Shown here in pieces: positions 7,316-15,940 of a DNA stretch of 64,000 nucleotides. The notes beneath the pieces were generated by a model. The model saw nothing but the letters and a program-made list of their open reading frames with translations. It was not told the origin of the DNA and did not search any database. The stretch comes from an uncultured Gammaproteobacteria bacterium (GTDB taxonomy: Bacteria > Patescibacteriota > Patescibacteriia > Patescibacteriales > GWE2-39-37). Both the position numbers and the translations under genes were made by a program. Each line of letters starts with the position of its first letter. The stretch's first letter is position 1. The stretch is taken from the NCBI GenBank assembly GCA_964443495.1, contig CAYUCS010000001.1, positions 2,615 through 66,614 on the forward strand, written 5' to 3'.

Positions 7316-9223
7316 CTATGGTGTTGTCGACGAGGCCTTAGCCTGTTCCGTTGTTTTGGGCGTGGTACTTGCAGTTGTTTCCGGCGTGCTTGATGACTTG
7401 CTCAGCGACTTGACTCCGACGAGGCAGACTTCTTGCCATGGCACGTAATGTGATGAGAATCTTTTTTTCTTTTCTTCGCCGTTGGGGTAGATGACTTTAT
7501 AGTCGAAGTAGGCATCGGCTCCGTTGTGGGCTTTTTCAGTGCATTTTTTCTTACCAGGAGCGAGGTCGGTCGTTTCTATGATCTTGGTCGCTTTCGGTTT
7601 GACGATATTGTAAATCGTCGGATAGGTCCTGGTAGCGACGCGCCCATCTGATGTTCCCCAAAAATCGAAGTAGAGGTTGTTCCCCTCGATGCGTGATTGG
7701 ATCAAGATATAGTTGCCGGTGTCATTAGTGAATTTGAGGTCTGGGGAAGGATCGTAGATGGTGGCATCGGTGCCGGCCGGCTCATAGTAGCTGACGCGGT
7801 ATGAATGGTTGCGGCGCTCCGCAATCGGCAGTCCGGATCCCAGAGCAGCCCGGAACATGGTGGTGCCGACTTGGCAGAGGCCGCCACCGAACTCAGGGGT
7901 GGTCTTGTTGCCTTTTATGACCAGCTCGGGCAGGTAGCCGGAGGAGGCGTCGATTTCACCAAGATTCCGGATAACGGAAAAGGTGTCTCCAGGCTTGATC
8001 AAGAGACCGTTCAGGGCGTTGGCACCGGTCCTGATGTTGTGACGCCGATTTTGGGGCGACCCGGAAAAATTAGAATGTCCGGTGCCGATTATTTCAGTGA
8101 TGCCTAGGTTGTCAGAACTTGAAGCGGTCGCTTCACTGGTCAGTTTCTTTACGACCAACTCGATCTGCTGCGCGCGTTTTTCAATGAAGCTTGATTCGAT
8201 GGCGGCAAGGCTGGCTTCCTGGTCGATCTGCTGGCCGTCCTTATTGGATTGGAACGCGATTACGCGCCCGTTCTTGATTTGGAATTTTGCCGAAGCGGCT
8301 TCCTGGTCGAAGCTGGCAGCGACTCGATCTTGAAGGTATTTCTGGACATTCTGCCGGTTGAGGCCGACAACTATCGGTCCAGGTTGTCCTGTGGTGCTTG
8401 AAGCCCGGTCTAGTCCGAGCCAGTTGCCAAGCTGGGTTTTGTTTACTGTCCAAGTGGAGCTGGCAGCCTTGAGAGTCAAGGGAGCTAAGCCCAGATATTC
8501 AGCGGCCAGGGCGTTTGCGTTCGCTATGTCGGCCTTCCTGATCGTCGGTCGCTGCTCGATGATACCAAGCTCGATCGGGCTGAGGTCTAGCCAAGAAAGT
8601 CGGAAGCCGAGCTGGGTGATGGCTTGGTCGTAGTTGAAATCTTGACCGGATTTTTCGGGTGCAATGGAGAAGGCGTTGCCTTCTTTAGCCAGCGGGTCGA
8701 AAACCAATTGCGCGTCTTGTCCCGGCTTGACGAAGCTGGAAAAGTTTTTTTCTAGAAATTTCCTGACTTCGGTCTGGTTGATAGCATACTTCGGTTCGAT
8801 TGAAGCGCCGGAAGCGATGGCGGAGAAGCGGTCCTTGAATTGCTGAAAGAAATTGCCTTTGCGGCCATAGTCCAACAGCAGTCCGCCAGTCGCTTCGGCG
8901 TCGATATCGATCAGAGTGTATGCGATTTCGGCGTCTGCGGAAGCGATGGTTGGCAGAAGCGTTGCGGAGCGGTTGCCATATTTTATTTGGATGCCTGATT
9001 CGTTAAGGGTGTTGATTTTCTGTTTGAGCAGCTGGCTGGCCTCCTCTGCGCTTTTCCCACCGACATCGGTCTTGCCGAGCCAGACGCCAGGGAAAACCTT
9101 GTCGGAATAATGCCAGTCGTACCAGCCATAAGCGCCAGCCATGCCGCCGAACAAAGTAAAAAAAATGATTGCTGTCGTTAGCAACCATGACGGGATGGGT
9201 GGCTTGCCTTCTTTGTGAAACAT
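7316..9223 (-). CDS. VanW-family protein with N-terminal membrane anchor
   Basis: VanW core GGGLCQVGTTMFRAALGSGLPIAERRNHSYRVSYY. N-terminal TM helix. Ser/Thr-rich C-terminal tail. Confidence 0.8.
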   Translation of the reverse strand: MFHKEGKPPIPSWLLTTAIIFFTLFGGMAGAYGWYDWHYSDKVFPGVWLGKTDVGGKSAEEASQLLKQKINTLNESGIQIKYGNRSATLLPTIASADAEIAYTLIDIDAEATGGLLLDYGRKGNFFQQFKDRFSAIASGASIEPKYAINQTEVRKFLEKNFSSFVKPGQDAQLVFDPLAKEGNAFSIAPEKSGQDFNYDQAITQLGFRLSWLDLSPIELGIIEQRPTIRKADIANANALAAEYLGLAPLTLKAASSTWTVNKTQLGNWLGLDRASSTTGQPGPIVVGLNRQNVQKYLQDRVAASFDQEAASAKFQIKNGRVIAFQSNKDGQQIDQEASLAAIESSFIEKRAQQIELVVKKLTSEATASSSDNLGITEIIGTGHSNFSGSPQNRRHNIRTGANALNGLLIKPGDTFSVIRNLGEIDASSGYLPELVIKGNKTTPEFGGGLCQVGTTMFRAALGSGLPIAERRNHSYRVSYYEPAGTDATIYDPSPDLKFTNDTGNYILIQSRIEGNNLYFDFWGTSDGRVATRTYPTIYNIVKPKATKIIETTDLAPGKKKCTEKAHNGADAYFDYKVIYPNGEEKKKRFSSHYVPWQEVCLVGVKSLSKSSSTPETTASTTPKTTEQAKASSTTP

Positions 9224-9228
9224 GGTGA

Positions 9229-9447
9229 TTATTCCTCGGTTTTTAATAATTCATTCAGAACAGCCTTGGCCAAATGCTCGTCGGTCTGGCCATCGGTGAG
9301 ACTGGTTTTCAGCTCGCAATAAATCGTTTGCCCAGGCTTTGATTCTGGCGAAATAAAAGATGCGGGAAGCGTAACGATGCGGTGGTCATCGGTAACCAGA
9401 ATGGCCCGATCGTCTTCCAGCCTGTCTAATGTGAGCTTGTGTATCAT
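9229..9447 (-). CDS. DUF3006-like small protein
   Basis: LDRLEDDRAILVTDDHRIVTLPASFISPESKPGQTIY resembles the DUF3006 pattern (DRiEgdxAVL, LPxxxLPxxxxEG). Tightly packed between the hsp20 and VanW genes. Confidence 0.5.
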   Translation of the reverse strand: MIHKLTLDRLEDDRAILVTDDHRIVTLPASFISPESKPGQTIYCELKTSLTDGQTDEHLAKAVLNELLKTEE

Positions 9448-9449
9448 GA

Positions 9450-9887
9450 TTAGCGTTCTTTTACTTTAACGGTTACCTGTTTTACCTTTTTAAGCTTTGG
9501 CAAGGTAACGGTCAGGACGCCGCTTTCCAGGTAGGCTTCAATCTTATCAGCCTTTACTTCGACTGGCAAGATGATGGAGCGGGAAAAAGCCCCCCAGTAA
9601 CATTCGCGAAAAAGGTAGTCTTCATCCATGATGCTTTCGTCCATGTCGCGCTTGCCCCGAATGGTAAGCAGGTCGTTGTTGACTGAAATATCGATATCTT
9701 CCGGCTTGACGCCAGCAATTGTCGATTTGACGATCAAGCTGTCGGGTGTCTGGTAAACGTCAATTGATAGCTGGCCCTCCTCGAAGTCCCCATCCATCCA
9801 CTCATCTTCTTCGCCCTGCTTATTCAAGAGATTGATTTCTTCGGACCAGTCGGCTGGCTGGGCGGCCTTCTTGTTGAAAATAGGCAT
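9450..9887 (-). CDS. Hsp20/alpha-crystallin small heat-shock protein
   Basis: Alpha-crystallin domain blocks LSIDVYQTPDSLIVKSTIAGVKPEDIDISVNNDLLTIRGKR, FSRSIILPVEV, AYLESGVLTVTLPK. Confidence 0.85.
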   Translation of the reverse strand: MPIFNKKAAQPADWSEEINLLNKQGEEDEWMDGDFEEGQLSIDVYQTPDSLIVKSTIAGVKPEDIDISVNNDLLTIRGKRDMDESIMDEDYLFRECYWGAFSRSIILPVEVKADKIEAYLESGVLTVTLPKLKKVKQVTVKVKER

Positions 9888-9962
9888 AAGTTTAATTTTG
9901 TTTTTATGACTATATTATAGTATTTTTTTGTATATTCGAGCAAGGGTCGCTAAGACACAAAT

Positions 9963-10010
9963 ACCCACTGGCGTGGGCTGTTTCATTTTGTGCTCCCAGA
10001 TGGAATTGAA
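9963..10010 (-). repeat. 48-bp perfect direct-repeat copy of the tRNA-Ile 3' end plus its terminator hairpin (tRNA gene fragment)
   Basis: 9963-10010 is identical to 10071-10118 (acccactggcgtgggctgtttcattttgtgctcccagatggaattgaa). It includes the last 20 nt of the tRNA and the CCCAC-tggc-GTGGG hairpin. Confidence 0.85.
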
Positions 10011-10098
10011 GGGGTTAAACCCCACGCGAAAAGATGGTTCGCCTAGCACCTAAGAGCACAAAATAAAACAACCCACTGGCGTGGGCTGTTTCATTTTG

Positions 10099-10171
10099 TG
10101 CTCCCAGATGGAATTGAACCATCGACCCCCGCTTTATAAGAGCGGTGCTCTAACCCCTGAGCTATGGGAGC
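10099..10171 (-). tRNA. tRNA-Ile, anticodon UAU (reads AUA)
   Basis: Manual cloverleaf: GCTCCCA TA GCTC AGGGGTTA GAGC A CCGCT CTTATAA AGCGG GGGTC GATGG TTCAATT CCATC TGGGAGC A. U8, A14, G18G19, T54T55C56 and A58 are present. Anticodon loop is C-T-TAT-A-A. No encoded CCA. Confidence 0.85.
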
Positions 10172-10322
10172 TAATTTATAAACTATCTATGATTTTAGCT
10201 GAAATTCCAAAAATAACAAGGATATGGGTGAGTGCGGGTGGATAAGGTGTTAATTTACAAAAAAAGACCGTCATGATAGGATTGAGCAAAATCGTACATT
10301 TCATGCCCAAAAGGAGGGGATT

Positions 10323-11369
10323 ATGATACGGAACATCATCGTACCCAAGGTGTTGGATGAACAGACTCTGGTGACGCTTTGGCTGCTTAAATCATTCGGC
10401 AAAAAACATTTCAAGGGCGCTGACAATGCAAAAGTAACGAGCCGTTCGGTTTTGGAGGCGGTTTACAAGGGCGACCTGGTGCTAGTGCCCGAGGGGCTTA
10501 AACAGTGTGCGGGCATCGAGGGCGACCTGGTCACGAAGGTAGTCAGCAAGCTGGGTCTGGAGGACAATCAAGCACTGCTGCGGACTATCGGGTTTTTTCT
10601 TAAATCGGATCAGGGCAACGGTGTTCGTGCAATGTTCAGCCTGATTGCCAGTACGTTCTCTGAAGCCAGGTCCATTAGCTGGTTCATGCAATGCATTGAG
10701 GCGAAGTATGACGAGCAGTGTTCAGTGGGCAACATCGAGTTGGAAAATTTGACTGATGCGGTCGCTCCAGAGATCGCTGAGGCGGCAAAGAATGATGTCG
10801 CGGAATTTTCACGAGTTATCCAGGTAAAACGTCCCGACGGCAACGACATTAAAGTCGGCCTAGTCGTATCGCAAGATGGAAAGACTCTTGCGGGCGGCCT
10901 GGATTTGCTAGTCGTGCAAAATCCGGTTAATTACGGCATTAGCATATTGGGCAGATTTTCCTTGCGCGATGTGGCTCGAATCCTGAGGATCGAAGAAGCG
11001 ACAAGGCGATCAGGAATGAGCACGCCGTATGCTCGTCATTGCTGGCGGGAATTTTCCGAAACCGGCGTTCACGACAAGGTGCCCCAATGGGAGTATGTCA
11101 TAGATGGCGGAACGCATCGGATCTGTTCCGGCATTAATGGCGGGCAACTGACAACTCTGAGGATCGACGAAGTGACTAATCTGGTGCGGATAGCCGTGGA
11201 CAACAGCTTCATGCTTTATCGTGCCAATAAGTGCCGGCAGCAGGTCTGTACCGGCTCATTTGAAAATCCATGCCCCTGGTATCGTTGGAACTTAACCAAG
11301 TGCCGAGGCGTTCGCGGCACGATGTTGAAAGAACAAATGGCGTTAAAGCCCAGAAGAAAGGAAGGGTAG
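10323..11369 (+). CDS. Hypothetical protein (348 aa) with C-terminal Cys cluster; no family recognised
   Basis: SD aaaAGGAGGggattATG. Long ORF with ordinary amino-acid composition. C-terminus CRQQVCTGSFENPCPWYRWNLTKC. Followed by a terminator. Confidence 0.6.
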   Translation: MIRNIIVPKVLDEQTLVTLWLLKSFGKKHFKGADNAKVTSRSVLEAVYKGDLVLVPEGLKQCAGIEGDLVTKVVSKLGLEDNQALLRTIGFFLKSDQGNGVRAMFSLIASTFSEARSISWFMQCIEAKYDEQCSVGNIELENLTDAVAPEIAEAAKNDVAEFSRVIQVKRPDGNDIKVGLVVSQDGKTLAGGLDLLVVQNPVNYGISILGRFSLRDVARILRIEEATRRSGMSTPYARHCWREFSETGVHDKVPQWEYVIDGGTHRICSGINGGQLTTLRIDEVTNLVRIAVDNSFMLYRANKCRQQVCTGSFENPCPWYRWNLTKCRGVRGTMLKEQMALKPRRKEG

Positions 11370-11382
11370 AATAATAACAAAA

Positions 11383-11412
11383 CCCCTGGATTTGCTCCAG
11401 GGGTGTTTTATT
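11383..11412 (+). terminator. Rho-independent terminator
   Basis: CCCCTGGA-tttgc-TCCAGGGG followed by tgttttatt. Confidence 0.8.
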
Positions 11413-11413
11413 C

Positions 11414-11437
11414 TGTGGACGATAGAGGATTCGAACC
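11414..11437 (-). repeat. 24-bp copy of the tRNA-Val 3' end (tRNA gene fragment)
   Basis: tgtggacgatagaggattcgaacc at 11414-11437 is identical to 11605-11628 (acceptor 3' strand, T-stem 3' half and T-loop of tRNA-Val). The T-stem partner is absent, so it cannot fold as a tRNA. Confidence 0.8.
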
Positions 11438-11606
11438 GGGGCGGAAGCCCCACGCCAGTCATGAGTCCTGTTTATTGATTTTAATTTGTTGCTGATAGTT
11501 TTTGGCTTTTTACTTTTTGTCACCTTGCTCAAATCAGAGGTTCTTCACCCCGTATCTACATAAATAAAATAACCGACAGCTGTCGCAATCGGTTATTTTA
11601 TTTATG

Positions 11607-11680
11607 TGGACGATAGAGGATTCGAACCTCTGACCTCTACAATGTCAATGTAGCGCTCTAACCAACTGAGCTAATCGTCC
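11607..11680 (-). tRNA. tRNA-Val, anticodon GAC
   Basis: Manual cloverleaf: GGACGAT TA GCTC AGTTGGTTA GAGC G CTACA TTGACAT TGTAG AGGTC AGAGG TTCGAAT CCTCT ATCGTCC A. No encoded CCA. Followed by the AACCGA/TCGGTT terminator hairpin. Confidence 0.9.
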
Positions 11681-11893
11681 AAAAGGGTGAGACAAATCGT
11701 CTCAAATTCATTGTAAAGTCCGTCAATCTGTTCCGCAAAGCATTTCGGCAAAACCACTGAATGCTTCGTTTAACGCTTTGAGCTGATCCTTGATGCGTTT
11801 TAGCATCGTCTACCTCCTTGCTGGGATTTTGTAAACAAAAAGCCGACTGATTCGGCAAATATAATATAGCCGAAAAAAATGGATATGTAAAGA

Positions 11894-13045
11894 CTACTCC
11901 AGAGGCAGGGATTTGAGCTTGTCTGTGAGGTGGGCGATAGTCATTTCTTCAAGTTTTTGCAGGCTTTGCCCCATTTTAGCGTGAGCCAGATATTTGTTGC
12001 CGTTCGGCGAGAATTCCTTGAGCAAGGCTGAGGCATTCAGATTCTTAATTGCATACAGCTGGATCGAACTCATGGTTTTTTCCGTTCCAGGCTCTTCATA
12101 TAGTAAGGCGATGGCCTTGGCTTGTGGGATGTTTACGATCAATTCTTCGACTACTTCTGCCAAGTCGGTCGGGGTAGTTCCGGTTTTCCTGAAGTCTTCG
12201 TCGGTTACGAGAGACCAAACCAGGCTATGGTCTAGCGCGCTTTTGAGCCTGGCTAGCGTCACGCCCCATAGCTTGAGCACGGACAAGTTGCGCGAACGGT
12301 AAAGCTGATTGATGATTTCATCTCGCCGGCCGCCTAAAGAGATGAGCTGGGCAACGGTCGTCAGCGAGGCAGGGGTAATGTTGGCTGTCTTAAAGCTGCG
12401 TGTTTTGGCGATGATGCCGGTCAGCAAGCAGGTTGCCATGTCCTCGTCCAGCAGTTGGCGGTCGAATTCATTAAAAAGATTGAAGAGTATCTCTGTGGTC
12501 GAAACGGCAGTCAGCTCGACTAAATTTATTTGGCCGAACTCCTCGTTGGCTGGGTGGTGGTCGATGTTGATTATCGGGGTTTGGTAGAACAGTTCCGGAT
12601 TGTCTTCATAGACTTGGCCGAGAGATTCCAGGTCGCGGCTGTCGACGGCAATGATCAGGTCATAAGGAAAAGCGCCTATTTTGGCCGAGACGTCTTCTGG
12701 CTTGATCGAGCCGCGGATCGGGGTGATCCGAAGTTCAATCTTGTCGGCAAGAAGCTGGTGCCTCACCTGGGCGACCTCGGCCTCTTCAAGCCTGACAGAC
12801 ACGACCAAGTCCTGCCCGTTAGCCGGTCGATTCTGGATCTGGTCAAAGGCAGGGAGAAAACGATAAACTTGTCCAGCCTGGTTGGCCTCGGCCAATATTT
12901 CCGGCTGCTTGCCGGTTTTTTTGAGGAAATGATAAAGCGCCAAGGCCGAAGCGACGGCGTCACCGCTCCAGTTCTTATTGAAGACGATCAGTATTTTTTC
13001 GGCTTTGCGAGTCCGTTCCAGGAATTGCTGTGATTGGTTCAACAT
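11894..13045 (-). CDS. DHH/DHHA1-family phosphoesterase (NrnA-like nanoRNase/pAp phosphatase)
   Basis: DHH motif INIDHHPANEEFG. Upstream Asp motifs (IAVDSRD). Length and layout match NrnA-type proteins. Confidence 0.75.
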   Translation of the reverse strand: MLNQSQQFLERTRKAEKILIVFNKNWSGDAVASALALYHFLKKTGKQPEILAEANQAGQVYRFLPAFDQIQNRPANGQDLVVSVRLEEAEVAQVRHQLLADKIELRITPIRGSIKPEDVSAKIGAFPYDLIIAVDSRDLESLGQVYEDNPELFYQTPIINIDHHPANEEFGQINLVELTAVSTTEILFNLFNEFDRQLLDEDMATCLLTGIIAKTRSFKTANITPASLTTVAQLISLGGRRDEIINQLYRSRNLSVLKLWGVTLARLKSALDHSLVWSLVTDEDFRKTGTTPTDLAEVVEELIVNIPQAKAIALLYEEPGTEKTMSSIQLYAIKNLNASALLKEFSPNGNKYLAHAKMGQSLQKLEEMTIAHLTDKLKSLPLE

Positions 13046-13247
13046 AAAAAGACAATGTCTTTTTGTATGGCCGGGAATCCGTTTCCTTGGCCATAATAAA
13101 ATCCACCGATGGCGGATGCATTTTGATTAGTAAATCAATATACCTGATGATTCGGGCGGTGTCAAGGCGGCAAGAAGGCCCAGAAAGGCGGTTTTTCTTG
13201 CAAAATTAGGCTCATTTTGTTATGGTTCATATATAAATAAGGAAAAC

Positions 13248-15920
13248 ATGGCCCAAAAAGAACAGCAGAAAAGCGGCGAGATCGCCAAATCATTCGAACC
13301 ATCTTTGTATGAAGATGGTATTTATAAAAAATGGGAAGAGTCAGGGTGTTTCAACCCTGATAATTTAGAGTTGCCGGAAAACGCCTCCTCGTATTGCATC
13401 GTTATGCCGCCACCCAACGTGACAGGCACGTTGCACATGGGCCACGCGGCCATGTTGGCTATCGAGGACATCTTGGTCCGCTACCATCGGTTGCGGGGCG
13501 AACGGGCCTTGTGGGTGCCTGGCACCGACCATGCCGCCATCGCAACCCAGACCAAGGTCGAGAAAATCATCAAGGACGAAGGGCTGAGCCGCCATGGATT
13601 GGGACGAGATGCTTTCTTGGAACGGGTCGGACAATTCGCCCAAGAGTCGCACGATACTATCGTTAATCAGGTACGCAAGATGGGCAGTTCGTGCGATTGG
13701 TCGCGCGAGGCCTATACGCTGGATGAAATCCGCACCAAGGCGGTGCGCTCCGTTTTTGCTATGATGCACGCCGATGGCTTGATTTATCGCGGCGATCGCG
13801 TGGTCAACTGGTGCCCGCGCTGCCACTCCACTTTGGCTGACGACGAAGTCGAGTATAAGGCGCAAAAAGCCAAATTATATACTTTCAGATATTCGAAAGA
13901 TTTTCCGTTCGCCATTTCTACGACTAGGCCGGAAACGAAGCTTGGCGATACGGCCGTGGCTGTCAATCCGAAGGACGAGCGGTATCAGCAGTACATCGGC
14001 CAGACCTTCGAAGTGGATTTCTGCGGCGTGCCGCTCAAGCTGAAGGTCATTGCCGACCGCGGCGTCGAGATGGAGTTCGGCACCGGTGCCTTGGGCGTGA
14101 CTCCGGCCCACTCGATGGCGGATTGGCAGATGGCCCGAGAAAACGACCTGCCTATCATCAAAGTAATCGATGAAGACGGCAATATCCATCCCGGCTTCGC
14201 TGACTATTCGGGCAAGACGGCTAAAGAAGCGCGCCGTTTGGCAGTGGAACGGCTGGTTGAACAGGGCTTGATCGAGAAAGAAGAAGAAATCGATAATAAC
14301 CTTTCCATCTGTTACCGTTGCGGCACGCCGATCGAGCCGTTGCCGTCGTTGCAATGGTTCATTGACGTAAACAAGAAAATCGCTAAATTCGACAAAACCT
14401 TGAAGGAACTGGCCGTCGAAGCGGTGCGTCAGGGCGTGCTCGACCGGGAGAAGATAAATATCGTGCCGGAACGCTTCGAGAAGAATTATTTCCATTGGAT
14501 GGAGAATCTGCAGGATTGGTGCATCAGCCGCCAGATTTGGTTCGGACATCAGGTGCCTGTCTGGTATAGGGGCGATGAAACTTATGTCGGCGTCGAGGCT
14601 CCGGATGGCGAAGGCTGGATTCAGGATGAAGATACGCTTGATACTTGGTTCTCGTCAGGCCTGTGGACGTTCACGACCTTGGCCAAAGATGCGGAGCAGA
14701 TTAGAGTCGAAGACGGCAGATTGGTAATCGATAGTGCTGATTTCAAGCATTTTCACCCGACCGCCGTCCTTGAGACAGGTTATGATATCCTCTTCTTCTG
14801 GGTTGCCAGGATGATCATTATGACTACTTACGCCGTCGGCGATATCCCTTTCAAGGATGTCTATCTGCATGGTTTGGTTCGTGATGACAAAGGCAAGAAG
14901 ATGAGCAAGTCTTTGGGCAACGTCATCGATCCGCTAGACATGATCGCCAAGTTCGGCACCGACGCCACCCGCCTTTCGCTAGTCATCGGCTCGACCCCGG
15001 GCAATGACATGAATCTGAGCGAGGAAAAGATCGGCGGCTTCAGGAATCTGACCAACAAATTGTGGAATATCGCCCGCTATATAATCGCCTCCGAGGGGTT
15101 TGGTAGCGCAAGCGAGGGAGAGTTCATTCCTCAGACTGCTGCTGATAAATGGATCATGGCCGAATTCGCCAAATTGGCCGGTGAGGTGACCGGCGACCTT
15201 GATTGCTATGCCTTTTCACAGGCTGGCGAACGCTTGCGCGAGTTTACCTGGGACAAGCTGGCTGATTGGTATCTGGAAGCTAGCAAGTTTGAAAAGAATG
15301 AGGACAAGCCGAAGATTTTGAAGCATATATTGGAAAATTTGCTGATATTGTGGCATCCGTTCATGCCGTTCGTGACAGAGCAAATCTGGCAGGAGATGGA
15401 CAAAGGCTCGATGCTGATGCTCGAGAAGTGGCCAGTGCTTTCAGGCGCGCTCGAGGCATCCGGCTCGTTCGAAATCGTTGTCGAGGCAGTCAAGGCGATT
15501 CGTAACGCGCGGAGCGAGAACGGCGTCGAGCCTGCCAAAAAAATCAAGGCCGTTGTTTATGCAGGCCAGAAAGCGGCGCTGCTCAGCGAGCAAGCCGCCC
15601 TGATCAAGGGTTTGCGCACCGGCATCGAAGGATTGGAGATTTCTGAGAAGGGAGAAAAGATTGAAAAAGCTATTTTCGTGGCCGTGGGCGATATCGAGAT
15701 CTATCTTGTCGGCGCGTTGGATGAGGCCAAGGAAAGGGAACGCATCAGGAAAGAAATCGAGAACCTGGAAAAAATAATCGGCGGCGTCAAGAATAAACTG
15801 GATAACAAGGAGTTCGTCGATCGTGCTCCGGCGGCTGTCGTTGAAAAGGAAAAAGAAAAACTGTCTGCGTGGGATACGGAATTGGCAAAGCTTAGGGCTC
15901 AGCAAAATAGTTTGGGTTAA
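13248..15920 (+). CDS. valS: Valine--tRNA ligase
   Basis: HIGH-region PPPNVTGTLHMGHA, KMSKS motif KMSKSLGN, CP1 editing domain, C-terminal coiled coil. 890 aa. Confidence 0.95.
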   Translation: MAQKEQQKSGEIAKSFEPSLYEDGIYKKWEESGCFNPDNLELPENASSYCIVMPPPNVTGTLHMGHAAMLAIEDILVRYHRLRGERALWVPGTDHAAIATQTKVEKIIKDEGLSRHGLGRDAFLERVGQFAQESHDTIVNQVRKMGSSCDWSREAYTLDEIRTKAVRSVFAMMHADGLIYRGDRVVNWCPRCHSTLADDEVEYKAQKAKLYTFRYSKDFPFAISTTRPETKLGDTAVAVNPKDERYQQYIGQTFEVDFCGVPLKLKVIADRGVEMEFGTGALGVTPAHSMADWQMARENDLPIIKVIDEDGNIHPGFADYSGKTAKEARRLAVERLVEQGLIEKEEEIDNNLSICYRCGTPIEPLPSLQWFIDVNKKIAKFDKTLKELAVEAVRQGVLDREKINIVPERFEKNYFHWMENLQDWCISRQIWFGHQVPVWYRGDETYVGVEAPDGEGWIQDEDTLDTWFSSGLWTFTTLAKDAEQIRVEDGRLVIDSADFKHFHPTAVLETGYDILFFWVARMIIMTTYAVGDIPFKDVYLHGLVRDDKGKKMSKSLGNVIDPLDMIAKFGTDATRLSLVIGSTPGNDMNLSEEKIGGFRNLTNKLWNIARYIIASEGFGSASEGEFIPQTAADKWIMAEFAKLAGEVTGDLDCYAFSQAGERLREFTWDKLADWYLEASKFEKNEDKPKILKHILENLLILWHPFMPFVTEQIWQEMDKGSMLMLEKWPVLSGALEASGSFEIVVEAVKAIRNARSENGVEPAKKIKAVVYAGQKAALLSEQAALIKGLRTGIEGLEISEKGEKIEKAIFVAVGDIEIYLVGALDEAKERERIRKEIENLEKIIGGVKNKLDNKEFVDRAPAAVVEKEKEKLSAWDTELAKLRAQQNSLG

Positions 15921-15940
15921 ATTTGAAATTAAATATAATT

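Noticed and set aside
9991-10062. Possible second, unusual tRNA formed by the duplicated tRNA-Ile 3' end
   Set aside because: An acceptor stem can be drawn (GCTCTTA/TGGGAGC with two G-U pairs). However, the sequence 5' of the T-loop (ACCCC) cannot pair with CCATC, and no D-arm or 7-nt anticodon loop forms. I regard it as a gene fragment.
13046-13247. Looked for T-box leaders upstream of valS, and also upstream of tyrS (28786-28951)
   Set aside because: There is no GGGUGGNACCGCG-like T-box core or terminator/antiterminator pair in either region. Only promoter-like AT-rich sequence is present.
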